Shown one piece after another: positions 15,840 to 23,397 of a stretch of 23,397 bases of DNA. Numbering within the stretch: the stretch's first letter is position 1; each line of letters begins with the position of its first letter. The notes under the pieces are model-generated. The model was not told where the DNA came from. It did no database searches and worked only from the letters and a program-made list of their open reading frames with translations. The translations under genes and the position numbers were made by a program. Origin of the DNA: Capsulimonadales bacterium (GTDB taxonomy: Bacteria > Armatimonadota > Armatimonadia > Armatimonadales > Armatimonadaceae); assembly GCA_033762295.1 (NCBI GenBank), contig JANRLW010000050.1:1-23397 (forward strand), read 5' to 3'.

Positions 15840-18047
15840 GTGGCAAGATTGATTCCGGAGACCGACGACGACGAGTTCGACGGGACGCCTGAGGCGGACC
15901 CGCAGACGCCGTCGCGTCCCGCCGCGCCGCTGCCCGACCCCCGGCTGTTGCTTTTCGGGGTGCTCAAACGGTGGTACGTGGTCGTGTTTTTCGGCGTGCT
16001 TTCCTATTATGGCGGCCTGTCCGTCGGCGGTCAGATCGGAACCAAGAAGAGTTTCGAAGCGGAGACGATCGTTCGGTATCAGGCGACCGGCGAAAACAGC
16101 CGGTATGTCGATCAGAAAACGACGATTCTCACCCTTAAGGACACGGTCAAGATCCGGGAGAACATCGAGGAGGTGCGCGATCGCCTCGGAATCAAGGATG
16201 CCATCGGGCAGATCGGCAAGGCGCTCGATGTCCGGGTCCAGAAGAATACGACCCTGCTGATCATCGGCGCGAAGTGGAAGACCGCCCGCGGCGCGGCGGA
16301 GATGGTCAATACGCTCCGGGACCTCTTTCTGGAGAAGTACGAGAAACGCCGAAAGGACGATCTCCGTCGCCAGATCGCCGACCTGGCCTCACGGCTCGCC
16401 GCCGTCCGCGCCGACCTGCGCAAGCGGGATCGCGACCTGCAGCGTTTCACCACATCGAACCGGATCGTCGATATCGAGAAACAGTCCCGCGCCCTGCTCG
16501 AGGAGTTCAATAACTACGGAGTCCTTCTGGAACAGGCGCAGGCGGAGAAGAAGACGGTCGATCAGCAGGCCCGGAAACTGGATCAGGCGATCAACGAACT
16601 GAAGGCGCGCGTCGCCCGCGAAAGCCGGAATATGGCGCAGCTGGAGAACCTCGCCGATGTCAATACCCGCATCGAGCGCATTCGCGACACGATCCGCGAG
16701 GACAAGGAGTTGCGTGCGAATATCGCCGAACTCGCTCTCCGGAAGCAGGAGATGGAGCGGATGAAGGGCCTTCTGGACCGGGGATTCGTCTCCGAGATGG
16801 CCTATCAGCGGGTGGTTACCGAGTACGAAACCCAGCGCATTCGGACGGAGGACAACGAGGAGACCCGGAAGCTGCGCGAGGAACGGGAGAAACTGCAGCA
16901 GCAGATCATTCCGCGGGATGGAGGGACCGCGCCGTCCGCGCCGATCCTGACCGAGATGCTGAAGCGCACGTTCGAAATCCAGCTCGACCAGATCGCGGTG
17001 AACCGTAAGGTCGCCTCACTGACCGAAGCGCGAGCACGGGTGAAGGTCCAGCTGGATCGAGTACCGATCCTGCAGCAGCAGTTCGACGCCCTTCAGCGCA
17101 ACATCAACTCGCGGGAGGCCGAACGCAAGGAACTGGAGACCAGCCTCGCCGGACTTCAGCGCGACCTGGATTCCCGCATGGACGACTTTACGATCGTTTC
17201 CGTCGCCGAGGTGGACAAGGAGGAGGCGAGCGCGGCGAGCAAAACGCAGATGGTCGGCTACGTACTCTGTCTGGTCGGAACCCTTCTGGGGATCGCGGTC
17301 GCCGGTGGCTGGGAATTCCTGGATGTGACGATTCGAACCCCCGGTCAGGTTGCCGCCAAACTGCCGACGGTGCCGCTGCTCGGAGCCTTTCCGAGGCGTC
17401 GGAAACGCCGCGCCCCGCTGGTAACGCCGGACGAGACCGATTTTTCGGAGCGACTTTCGATCACGGCGCGAAAGCTTCGGCAGGCGATGCCCCGGTCCGG
17501 CGGATGTGTTCTGGTCGTGTCCGCCAACCCGGGCGAAGGGGTCGGGACGATTTCCCGTAACCTCGCCGCCGCGCTTTCACGGCAGGATGAACGGGTGGCG
17601 TTGATCGATCTTCGACCGAACGCGTCGGAGGACGTCGCACGCTGGGTCACGGGCGGACGTCCGAATGTCGGTCTCAGCGAGTACCTGGAAGGGGCGGCGG
17701 TCACGGAGGAGGCGCTGGTCACCACCGCGATGCCGGGACTGTCGGTGATCGTCCGCGACGTGTCGACGCTCAGCCCGGACCGACTGGGGTCCCAGAGGAT
17801 GGCGTCCCTGATCGACGGACTCTCCCGGCGGCATGATGTCGCCTTGCTGACATCCGCTCCGCTTCTGAAGAGCAACGAAACGCAATTACTGATGGGTAAG
17901 GTGGACGGGGTTCTGCTGGTGGTTCAGGCCGGCAAGACGTCGGTCGCCCAGATCGAGAAGGCGCGTCAGAAGCTGGAGGAGATGCGGGCGCCGGTGATCG
18001 GAATCGTTTTGAACAAGGCGCGCTGGCCCTACATTCACTGGGAGTAA
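15840..18047 (+). CDS. Wzc/GumC-like polysaccharide co-polymerase with degenerate BY-kinase domain
   Basis: Two TMs flanking a long coiled-coil periplasmic region, 'EFLDVTIRTP', 'PLLGAFP', then a P-loop-like domain ('VVSANPGEG', 'GLSEYL', 'DGVLLVV', 'GIVLN'). Confidence 0.88.
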   Translation: MARLIPETDDDEFDGTPEADPQTPSRPAAPLPDPRLLLFGVLKRWYVVVFFGVLSYYGGLSVGGQIGTKKSFEAETIVRYQATGENSRYVDQKTTILTLKDTVKIRENIEEVRDRLGIKDAIGQIGKALDVRVQKNTTLLIIGAKWKTARGAAEMVNTLRDLFLEKYEKRRKDDLRRQIADLASRLAAVRADLRKRDRDLQRFTTSNRIVDIEKQSRALLEEFNNYGVLLEQAQAEKKTVDQQARKLDQAINELKARVARESRNMAQLENLADVNTRIERIRDTIREDKELRANIAELALRKQEMERMKGLLDRGFVSEMAYQRVVTEYETQRIRTEDNEETRKLREEREKLQQQIIPRDGGTAPSAPILTEMLKRTFEIQLDQIAVNRKVASLTEARARVKVQLDRVPILQQQFDALQRNINSREAERKELETSLAGLQRDLDSRMDDFTIVSVAEVDKEEASAASKTQMVGYVLCLVGTLLGIAVAGGWEFLDVTIRTPGQVAAKLPTVPLLGAFPRRRKRRAPLVTPDETDFSERLSITARKLRQAMPRSGGCVLVVSANPGEGVGTISRNLAAALSRQDERVALIDLRPNASEDVARWVTGGRPNVGLSEYLEGAAVTEEALVTTAMPGLSVIVRDVSTLSPDRLGSQRMASLIDGLSRRHDVALLTSAPLLKSNETQLLMGKVDGVLLVVQAGKTSVAQIEKARQKLEEMRAPVIGIVLNKARWPYIHWE

Positions 18048-18050
18048 CAC

Positions 18051-19286
18051 ATGGTTATCGCACAGGTGCCCCGTCGCTTCGTACGCGAGGAATGGGGCGG
18101 CACGGAAACGGTCATTCTGGAAACGAGCAAACGGATTCTTGCCGCCGGTCATTCGACCGCGATCGTCTGCCCGAACGCCCTGGCCGATCGGGACGGCGAG
18201 GAGATCGGCGGGGTACCGGTCCGTCGCTTCTCCTATTTTTACCCGTACCTCGGCCTGTCTTCGGAGGCGAAGGTCCTGATGGATAAGAAGGGGGGGAACC
18301 TCTTTTCGTTTCCGCTGATGGGCGAGCTGCTCCGCTGGCCCGAACTGGACCTGATCCACCTGCATACATTGAAGCGCACGGGGGGGATCGGGCGGTACGT
18401 CGCCCGACGACGGGGCATCCCTTACGTCGTTTCCCTGCATGGCGGCGTTTTCGACGTACCTGTTGCCGAGGCGGCGACGTTTACCGAACCGACTCGTGGC
18501 GCGTTCGAATGGGGCAAGGCGCTTGGCTGGTGGGTCGGCTCGAACCGGGTGCTGGCGGATGCCGCCTGCATCCTGTGCGTCGGCGATAGCGAACGGAAAG
18601 CGACCGGGGAGCGGTATCCGGGGAACCGGGTGGAATGGCTTCCGAACGGAGTCGATGTGCGGCGTTTCGCCTGCGGGGACGGTCCCGCGTTCCGCGCCCG
18701 GTTCGGCATACCCGCAGACGCATTCGTCGTCCTGACGGTCGGACGGATCGACGGACAGAAGAACCAGTTGTTGCCGGTTCGCGCTTTGAAAGAACTGCGT
18801 CGGATTCAGCCGAGGACGCACCTGCTCCTGATCGGACCGGTGACCAACCCCGCCTACCGACAGCAACTCGAGCAGGAGATTCGGGAACGGGAACTGGGGG
18901 CGCAGGTCACGTTGATCCCCGGCCTGGACAACGCGGGAAACGATCTGACCGACGCCTACCATGCGGCCGATCTATTTCTGCTGCCGTCGATGCATGAGCC
19001 ATTCGGTATCGTCATTCTGGAAGCCTGGGCGGCAGGGCTTCCCGTTCTTGCCAGTCATGTCGGCGGAATCCCGTCCTTTGTCGAAAACGGAACCGATGGC
19101 ATACTTTTTGCACCGTCCGAGGAAAGAGAATTCACGGAATCCTACGCCGGGTTGGCGAAGAACGCCGATCTCCGTCGGCGGATCGCCGAAGCGGGCCGAA
19201 AAAAGGCCACGGAACATTTTGATTGGGATCGCATCACCTCGCGCCTTCTCAATATCTACGCTGAGGTTATTCGTCCCACATCCTGA
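18051..19286 (+). CDS. Glycosyltransferase family 4 (GT-B fold)
   Basis: 'WGGTE', 'LPNGVD', 'VGRIDGQKNQ' and the E-x7-E motif 'EPFGIVILEAWAAGLPV'. Confidence 0.93.
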   Translation: MVIAQVPRRFVREEWGGTETVILETSKRILAAGHSTAIVCPNALADRDGEEIGGVPVRRFSYFYPYLGLSSEAKVLMDKKGGNLFSFPLMGELLRWPELDLIHLHTLKRTGGIGRYVARRRGIPYVVSLHGGVFDVPVAEAATFTEPTRGAFEWGKALGWWVGSNRVLADAACILCVGDSERKATGERYPGNRVEWLPNGVDVRRFACGDGPAFRARFGIPADAFVVLTVGRIDGQKNQLLPVRALKELRRIQPRTHLLLIGPVTNPAYRQQLEQEIRERELGAQVTLIPGLDNAGNDLTDAYHAADLFLLPSMHEPFGIVILEAWAAGLPVLASHVGGIPSFVENGTDGILFAPSEEREFTESYAGLAKNADLRRRIAEAGRKKATEHFDWDRITSRLLNIYAEVIRPTS

Positions 19287-19358
19287 CGTAATTTTTCAGG
19301 TTGTCCGGGTCGTTTAATCTTGAATTAATGGTTACGAACTATATAGAAATCCGTTGTC

Positions 19359-20579
19359 ATGAAAATACTCTGGCTGAACGATTTCGCAAACTTCACGGGA
19401 GGCTGCGAACGCTACATTTTTGATACCGCGACCCTTCTTGCCGCGCGGGGCGTCGAATCGTCCATTCTTTACGATGTGACCGATACCACGTCTCCGGCGT
19501 TCACGAAGGCGTTTGCCGGCGGAGCGTTTCCTCGCGTCGATCTCGCACGTCAGATCCGCGAACTCGCGCCCGATGTGATCTACGTTCACCGTTTGAACGA
19601 TTCCCGGGCGCTGGAAACCCTGGCGAATGGCGCGGTTCCCTCCGTACGTTTTTTCCACGACCACAAACTTTTCTGTCCGCGTGAGCATAAATATACCGTT
19701 CTGACAAAGGAGACCTGCACGAGGACCGTCGGATTCGGGTGTTTCACCTGTCTCGGCGTGGTGAACAAGGTGCCTCGTGAACAGGGTTTGATCCGCCTGA
19801 CGCTTCCCGGAACGCTGCGTCAGGAACAACGGCGGAACGCGGAAACCTTTACGGCGATCGTCGTCGGCTCCCAATATATGGCGGACCATGTCACGGCTCA
19901 CGGCTTCGATCGGGATCGGGTGCATTCCCTGCCGCTGTTCGTCCGACAGCCCGAGGAGTCGATAGCGCTGCGTTCGGTGACGCGGGAAAACGATCTGTTG
20001 CTGTTCGTCGGGCAGTTGACCACGGGGAAGGCGGTCGATATCCTGCTGCGCTCCCTGAAGGCGACCACGACCCCCGCCCGCCTTTTGATCCACGGAACCG
20101 GAAAATTCGAAGCGGAGTATCGCAACCTGACGTCCGAACTCGGTCTCAACGAGCGGGTCACCTTCGGCGGAAAGGCGGACGGCGACACTCTGGCGGCCGC
20201 GTACCGCCGCGCGGCGGCGGTTGTTTTCCCATCGCGCACGCCGGAAACGTTCGGTCTTGTCGGACCGGAGGCGATGAGCCATGGAACGCCGGTCATCGCC
20301 ACCCGGGTCGGAGGGATGACCGAATGGCTCGAACAGGACGTCACCGGACTGGCGGTTCCGCCGAACGACGTTGCCGCGCTGACCGCCGCGATCGATCGGC
20401 TGATGACCGACGACGAACTGCGTCGGCGTCTCGGACAGCAGGGCCGACAGCGATATTTCGAGCGTTTCACCCCGGAACGGCACGTCGAACGGCTTCTGGA
20501 GGTGTTCCATCGATTGACCGGACGATCGATCGGAGCGACCGCGCGAACGGGTCGACCGGAGACAAGGAGAGCCGCATGA
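19359..20579 (+). CDS. Glycosyltransferase family 4 with four-cysteine insert
   Basis: 'MKILWL', 'GGCE', 'FVGQL...KAV' and 'ETFGLVGPEAMSHGTPV'; insert C-x13-C-x7-C-x2-C following 'FHDH'. Confidence 0.92.
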   Translation: MKILWLNDFANFTGGCERYIFDTATLLAARGVESSILYDVTDTTSPAFTKAFAGGAFPRVDLARQIRELAPDVIYVHRLNDSRALETLANGAVPSVRFFHDHKLFCPREHKYTVLTKETCTRTVGFGCFTCLGVVNKVPREQGLIRLTLPGTLRQEQRRNAETFTAIVVGSQYMADHVTAHGFDRDRVHSLPLFVRQPEESIALRSVTRENDLLLFVGQLTTGKAVDILLRSLKATTTPARLLIHGTGKFEAEYRNLTSELGLNERVTFGGKADGDTLAAAYRRAAAVVFPSRTPETFGLVGPEAMSHGTPVIATRVGGMTEWLEQDVTGLAVPPNDVAALTAAIDRLMTDDELRRRLGQQGRQRYFERFTPERHVERLLEVFHRLTGRSIGATARTGRPETRRAA

Positions 20580-21859
20580 GCGAGCGAACGATTGCGCCCG
20601 AGGACTGGGGACGCTTTACCTTCAGCGGTGGTGACGCGGTGGAGGCGCGCCTGCGGGACATCGTTTCCGGGACGGTCCGTACCCTGAAGGATCGGCTTCG
20701 CCCGGAGAGCGTTCGCGCACTGGTTTTGATCGGTGGGTACGGACGCGGCGAAGGCGGGGTGGAAGTCCGCCCGGACGGTACGGAGTATCCGCACAACAAT
20801 CTGGATTTCCTCCTGATCGGGCGGGGCGGGATCGGGGAGGTCGCGGCGCTGAAGGCGGAACTCGATCCGATCCTCGAGGAACTGTCGCTGCGCCTCGATA
20901 TCGGTCTGGACCTGGGTATTACCACGGAGGCGCGCTTGAACGCGTCCCCCTGCCTCATCATGTGGTACGACATGCGCTACGGCCACAAAACGCTCTGGGG
21001 CGACGCCTCCTACGTGCCGTCCCTCACCCGATTCGAGGCGGAGCGGATTCCGACTTCGGAAGCGAGAAACCTTCTGGTGAACCGCGGCACCCTTCTGGTG
21101 ATTAATGACGCCCTGATCGAACGGGGGATCCGTTCGGAAAAGGAGCGTCGGACCGTCGTCCGGCATGCCGTGAAGGCGATCATCGGTTACGGAGACGCGT
21201 TGCTTTATTTTCGGGGGGAGTACCACTGGAGCTACGCGGAGAAGCGGAAACGTATGGCCGGACGCACCGATGTCTCCGCCGAGTTTCGCGCGCTGTACGA
21301 CGTGGCGATGGGGTTCCGATTCCGTCCGGATTACGGTCATTGGAGTATCGGCGATTCGGAAGCGGGGGCGGAGGAACTGCGTCAGGTTCTGGGGCCTATT
21401 CATCTGGAGTGTGAGCGGCTTCGTCTTCGCCGGACGATTAACTGGGACGATTACCTGATGGCAGCCTGCGCCGGGGAGTGGACGACGCACCCGACCCCCT
21501 CGCTGCGCGCCGCCGTCCGCCGTGTCATCAACCTTCTGCGGGTGGAACTTCCGCCGGAGGTGCTGTACGCGTTGCCGGACCTGACCGCTCGCTGGGGCGC
21601 CCGGTCGGCGGGACCGCGCGGCGTATTGCCGCTTCTTTTCCCCGTAATCGCCTATCACCTTCAGGAGGAAACCACCGTTTCCGCCGCGCGAGCGTTCCTG
21701 AACGCGGCGGATACCTCGCTTCCCGCCCTGCGCCGCGCCTATCTTCGCGCCTGGGGCCAGCATGGTGACATCAACTTCGGTTCGGTACTGAGAAAACTGG
21801 GGCTTTCGGTGGAGGAGTCGGTCATGGACGCCCCGGTCCGTACCCGGGAGGCCGCATGA
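20576..21859 (+). CDS. Hypothetical protein with DNA polymerase beta-like nucleotidyltransferase N-terminal motif and helical C-terminal region
   Basis: Start probably ATG 20576 (SD AGGAG, ATGA overlap). 'ALVLIGGYGRGEG' (hG[GS] motif), 'NNLDFLLI' (DxD position) and a third acidic strand 'IGLDLG'. Confidence 0.65.
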   Translation: MSERTIAPEDWGRFTFSGGDAVEARLRDIVSGTVRTLKDRLRPESVRALVLIGGYGRGEGGVEVRPDGTEYPHNNLDFLLIGRGGIGEVAALKAELDPILEELSLRLDIGLDLGITTEARLNASPCLIMWYDMRYGHKTLWGDASYVPSLTRFEAERIPTSEARNLLVNRGTLLVINDALIERGIRSEKERRTVVRHAVKAIIGYGDALLYFRGEYHWSYAEKRKRMAGRTDVSAEFRALYDVAMGFRFRPDYGHWSIGDSEAGAEELRQVLGPIHLECERLRLRRTINWDDYLMAACAGEWTTHPTPSLRAAVRRVINLLRVELPPEVLYALPDLTARWGARSAGPRGVLPLLFPVIAYHLQEETTVSAARAFLNAADTSLPALRRAYLRAWGQHGDINFGSVLRKLGLSVEESVMDAPVRTREAA

Positions 21860-22719
21860 AACGACCGCCGATTTGTCTGACCGGTGACCTGCACCATAGT
21901 AGCCTGGGCACCGGAAACCAGAAGCATTGCGATATTACCGAACTGCAGACGGGGCAGCTTTATCTGGACCTTCTGACGTCCGCCGGGGTCAAGGCCACCT
22001 TCTTCATCTCCGGAAAGTGCTTCGCTGAGGAATGGCAGGACACGCAACCGATCTGCGCCAGTCCGCTCGTCGAGGTCGGCGGGCACAATTATGACTGCTT
22101 TGAGGCGCAGCTTTTTCATCGCCTGAGCAAGAAACTCCTCGGCAGTTACAATGGCCCCCGGTGGTATCAGGAGCGGGATGCGCGACGGACCATCGCTATC
22201 ATCGAGGCAAGGACCGGTCGTCGTACCAGAGTCTGGCGGAACCATATGTACATGCACGGACCGTACACCGAAAGCGTTCTGGCGAAATGCGGCTGCCAGG
22301 TCTGCTCCGACGGGGTGAAGCGCGCGGCGATGGGACCGGAATGGCACGACGCCGGCATTTTCAACTTCCCGATCAATGTCATTCCCGACCACGAGCACCT
22401 CTTTCATGCCGAACGAACCAGGGAATGGGTGGAGCAGTGGGTGCGGCGGTATGACTGGTCCGACGATTTCGGGCCGCAATCCTATGAGGTCGAAGAGTGG
22501 GCGCAGATCGTTCTGGAAAACCTGCAGGAGAATGAAGCGCGCGGGGCGATCAGCAACCTCATCATCCATCCGATCACGATGTATCTTTGCGACCGGTTCA
22601 ACGCGTTCGAACGGATTCTCGACTTTATCGCCGCCCGTGAGACGATCTGGGTGAGCGAAGCGGTCGAACGTGTTGCGGAAGAACGGCGCGAAGTGGTGAC
22701 CGTAGGAGGGCCGAAATGA
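21856..22719 (+). CDS. Polysaccharide deacetylase-like protein (NodB/CE4 superfamily), atypical motifs
   Basis: 'LTGD', 'GVKATFFISG', 'EVGGH', 'WR' and 'LIIHP' occur in NodB order; no signal peptide. Confidence 0.78.
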   Translation: MKRPPICLTGDLHHSSLGTGNQKHCDITELQTGQLYLDLLTSAGVKATFFISGKCFAEEWQDTQPICASPLVEVGGHNYDCFEAQLFHRLSKKLLGSYNGPRWYQERDARRTIAIIEARTGRRTRVWRNHMYMHGPYTESVLAKCGCQVCSDGVKRAAMGPEWHDAGIFNFPINVIPDHEHLFHAERTREWVEQWVRRYDWSDDFGPQSYEVEEWAQIVLENLQENEARGAISNLIIHPITMYLCDRFNAFERILDFIAARETIWVSEAVERVAEERREVVTVGGPK

Positions 22720-23397
22720 CGACAACGCCGCGTGCCACCGTGCTGATGCGCTCCAAGAACAGCGACTGGGTGATCGGGCAGGCGTTGGCCGGGCTCTTTG
22801 CCCAGAACTATACCGATTTCGAGTTGCTGGTCGTCGATTCGGGTTCCACCGACCGGACCCTGGAGTATGTGGCGGCCTATCCCTGCCGGCTGGAACGGAT
22901 CAAGCCGGAAAACTACTATCCCGGTGCGGTTCTGAACCAGGCAATCGAGGGAACGAACACCGAACTCATCGTCTTCCTGAATTCGGACTGCGTCCCGCTG
23001 TGCGCCGAGACGCTCGGACGGCTGGTCGCCGCCTTCGATGATCCGTCGGTGATGGCGGCGTTCGGGCGGCAGGTGCCGAGGCCCGAAGCGGACGGGTGGG
23101 TGCGCCGCGATTATGCGCAGGCGTTCCCGGAGACCGGAGACGCACCGCCCTGGATCACCTTTTCGCTGCCGATTGCGGCGATTCGTCGATCCGCCTGGGA
23201 AAAGCGGAAGTTTTACACCGATGCCTGGGGGTCGGAGGATACGGAATGGGGGAACTGGGCGCGGCAGCAGCCCGGATGGAAGGTCGCGTACGTCCCGGAA
23301 GCGATCACCATGCACTCCCACAACTACACGCTCCGTCAGCTGTACGGTCGTCGGTTCATCGAAGGGGAAGCGGACGCCTTTATCTACCGGGATCGCG
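22716..23397 (+). CDS. Glycosyltransferase family 2, rhamnosyltransferase-like, 3'-truncated by window edge
   Basis: Absent from the ORF track because there is no stop in the window. Hand translation from ATG 22716 gives MTTTPRATVLMRSKN...LVVDSGSTD...VFLNSD...AFGRQVPRP...GSED...HSHNY. 'GRQ.P', 'ED' and 'HSHNY' match RfbN-like rhamnosyltransferases. Confidence 0.88.
   Translation, partial: MTTTPRATVLMRSKNSDWVIGQALAGLFAQNYTDFELLVVDSGSTDRTLEYVAAYPCRLERIKPENYYPGAVLNQAIEGTNTELIVFLNSDCVPLCAETLGRLVAAFDDPSVMAAFGRQVPRPEADGWVRRDYAQAFPETGDAPPWITFSLPIAAIRRSAWEKRKFYTDAWGSEDTEWGNWARQQPGWKVAYVPEAITMHSHNYTLRQLYGRRFIEGEADAFIYRDR

Noticed and set aside
19898..21763. 621-aa minus-strand ORF and the other long antisense ORFs (e.g. 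10455-11450, 11892-12899, 17886-18962, 19332-20510, 21739-22725, 22482-23321)
   Set aside because: All lie opposite motif-bearing, translationally coupled plus-strand genes; shadow ORFs.
20576..21859. CBASS/CD-NTase or toxin-antitoxin defence interpretation of the NTase-like gene
   Set aside because: No effector, Cap or separate HEPN toxin gene nearby, and it is translationally coupled to glycan enzymes on both sides.
1..23397. CRISPR arrays, tRNA/rRNA genes, IS elements, integrases or prophage genes
   Set aside because: No regularly spaced repeats, RNA gene signatures, terminal inverted repeats or transposase/integrase motifs were seen; nearly all sequence is accounted for by CDSs.

Overview
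High-GC bacterial DNA, almost entirely + strand and densely coding. The lineage cannot be fixed from sequence alone, but PEP-CTERM/exosortase content implies a diderm. Left part (1-5814): a 5'-truncated VKOR gene coupled to a membrane-anchored DsbA, a histidine phosphatase, a large secreted GxGYxYP-family protein and threonine dehydrogenase (tdh). A short minus-strand ORF and an AT-rich divergent intergenic region (6117-6416) follow. From 6417 to the window end runs one co-directional, largely translationally coupled cluster of at least 15 genes joining protein sorting to glycan synthesis. In order: DUF4114/PEP-CTERM surface protein, membrane-anchored TPR protein, exosortase with intact Cys-Arg-His triad, non-catalytic exosortase-N-half-like protein, EpsI, STAS anti-anti-sigma protein, cytoplasmic alkaline-phosphatase-superfamily enzyme, O-antigen ligase/Wzy-like protein, Wzx flippase, Wzc-like co-polymerase with an apparently dead kinase domain, two GT4s, a pol-beta-fold nucleotidyltransferase-like protein, an atypical NodB-type deacetylase and a 3'-truncated GT2. 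Sigma-28-like promoter motifs precede both the PEP-CTERM gene and the STAS gene. All family calls come from motif recognition by eye; no database search was run, so novelty is not established.
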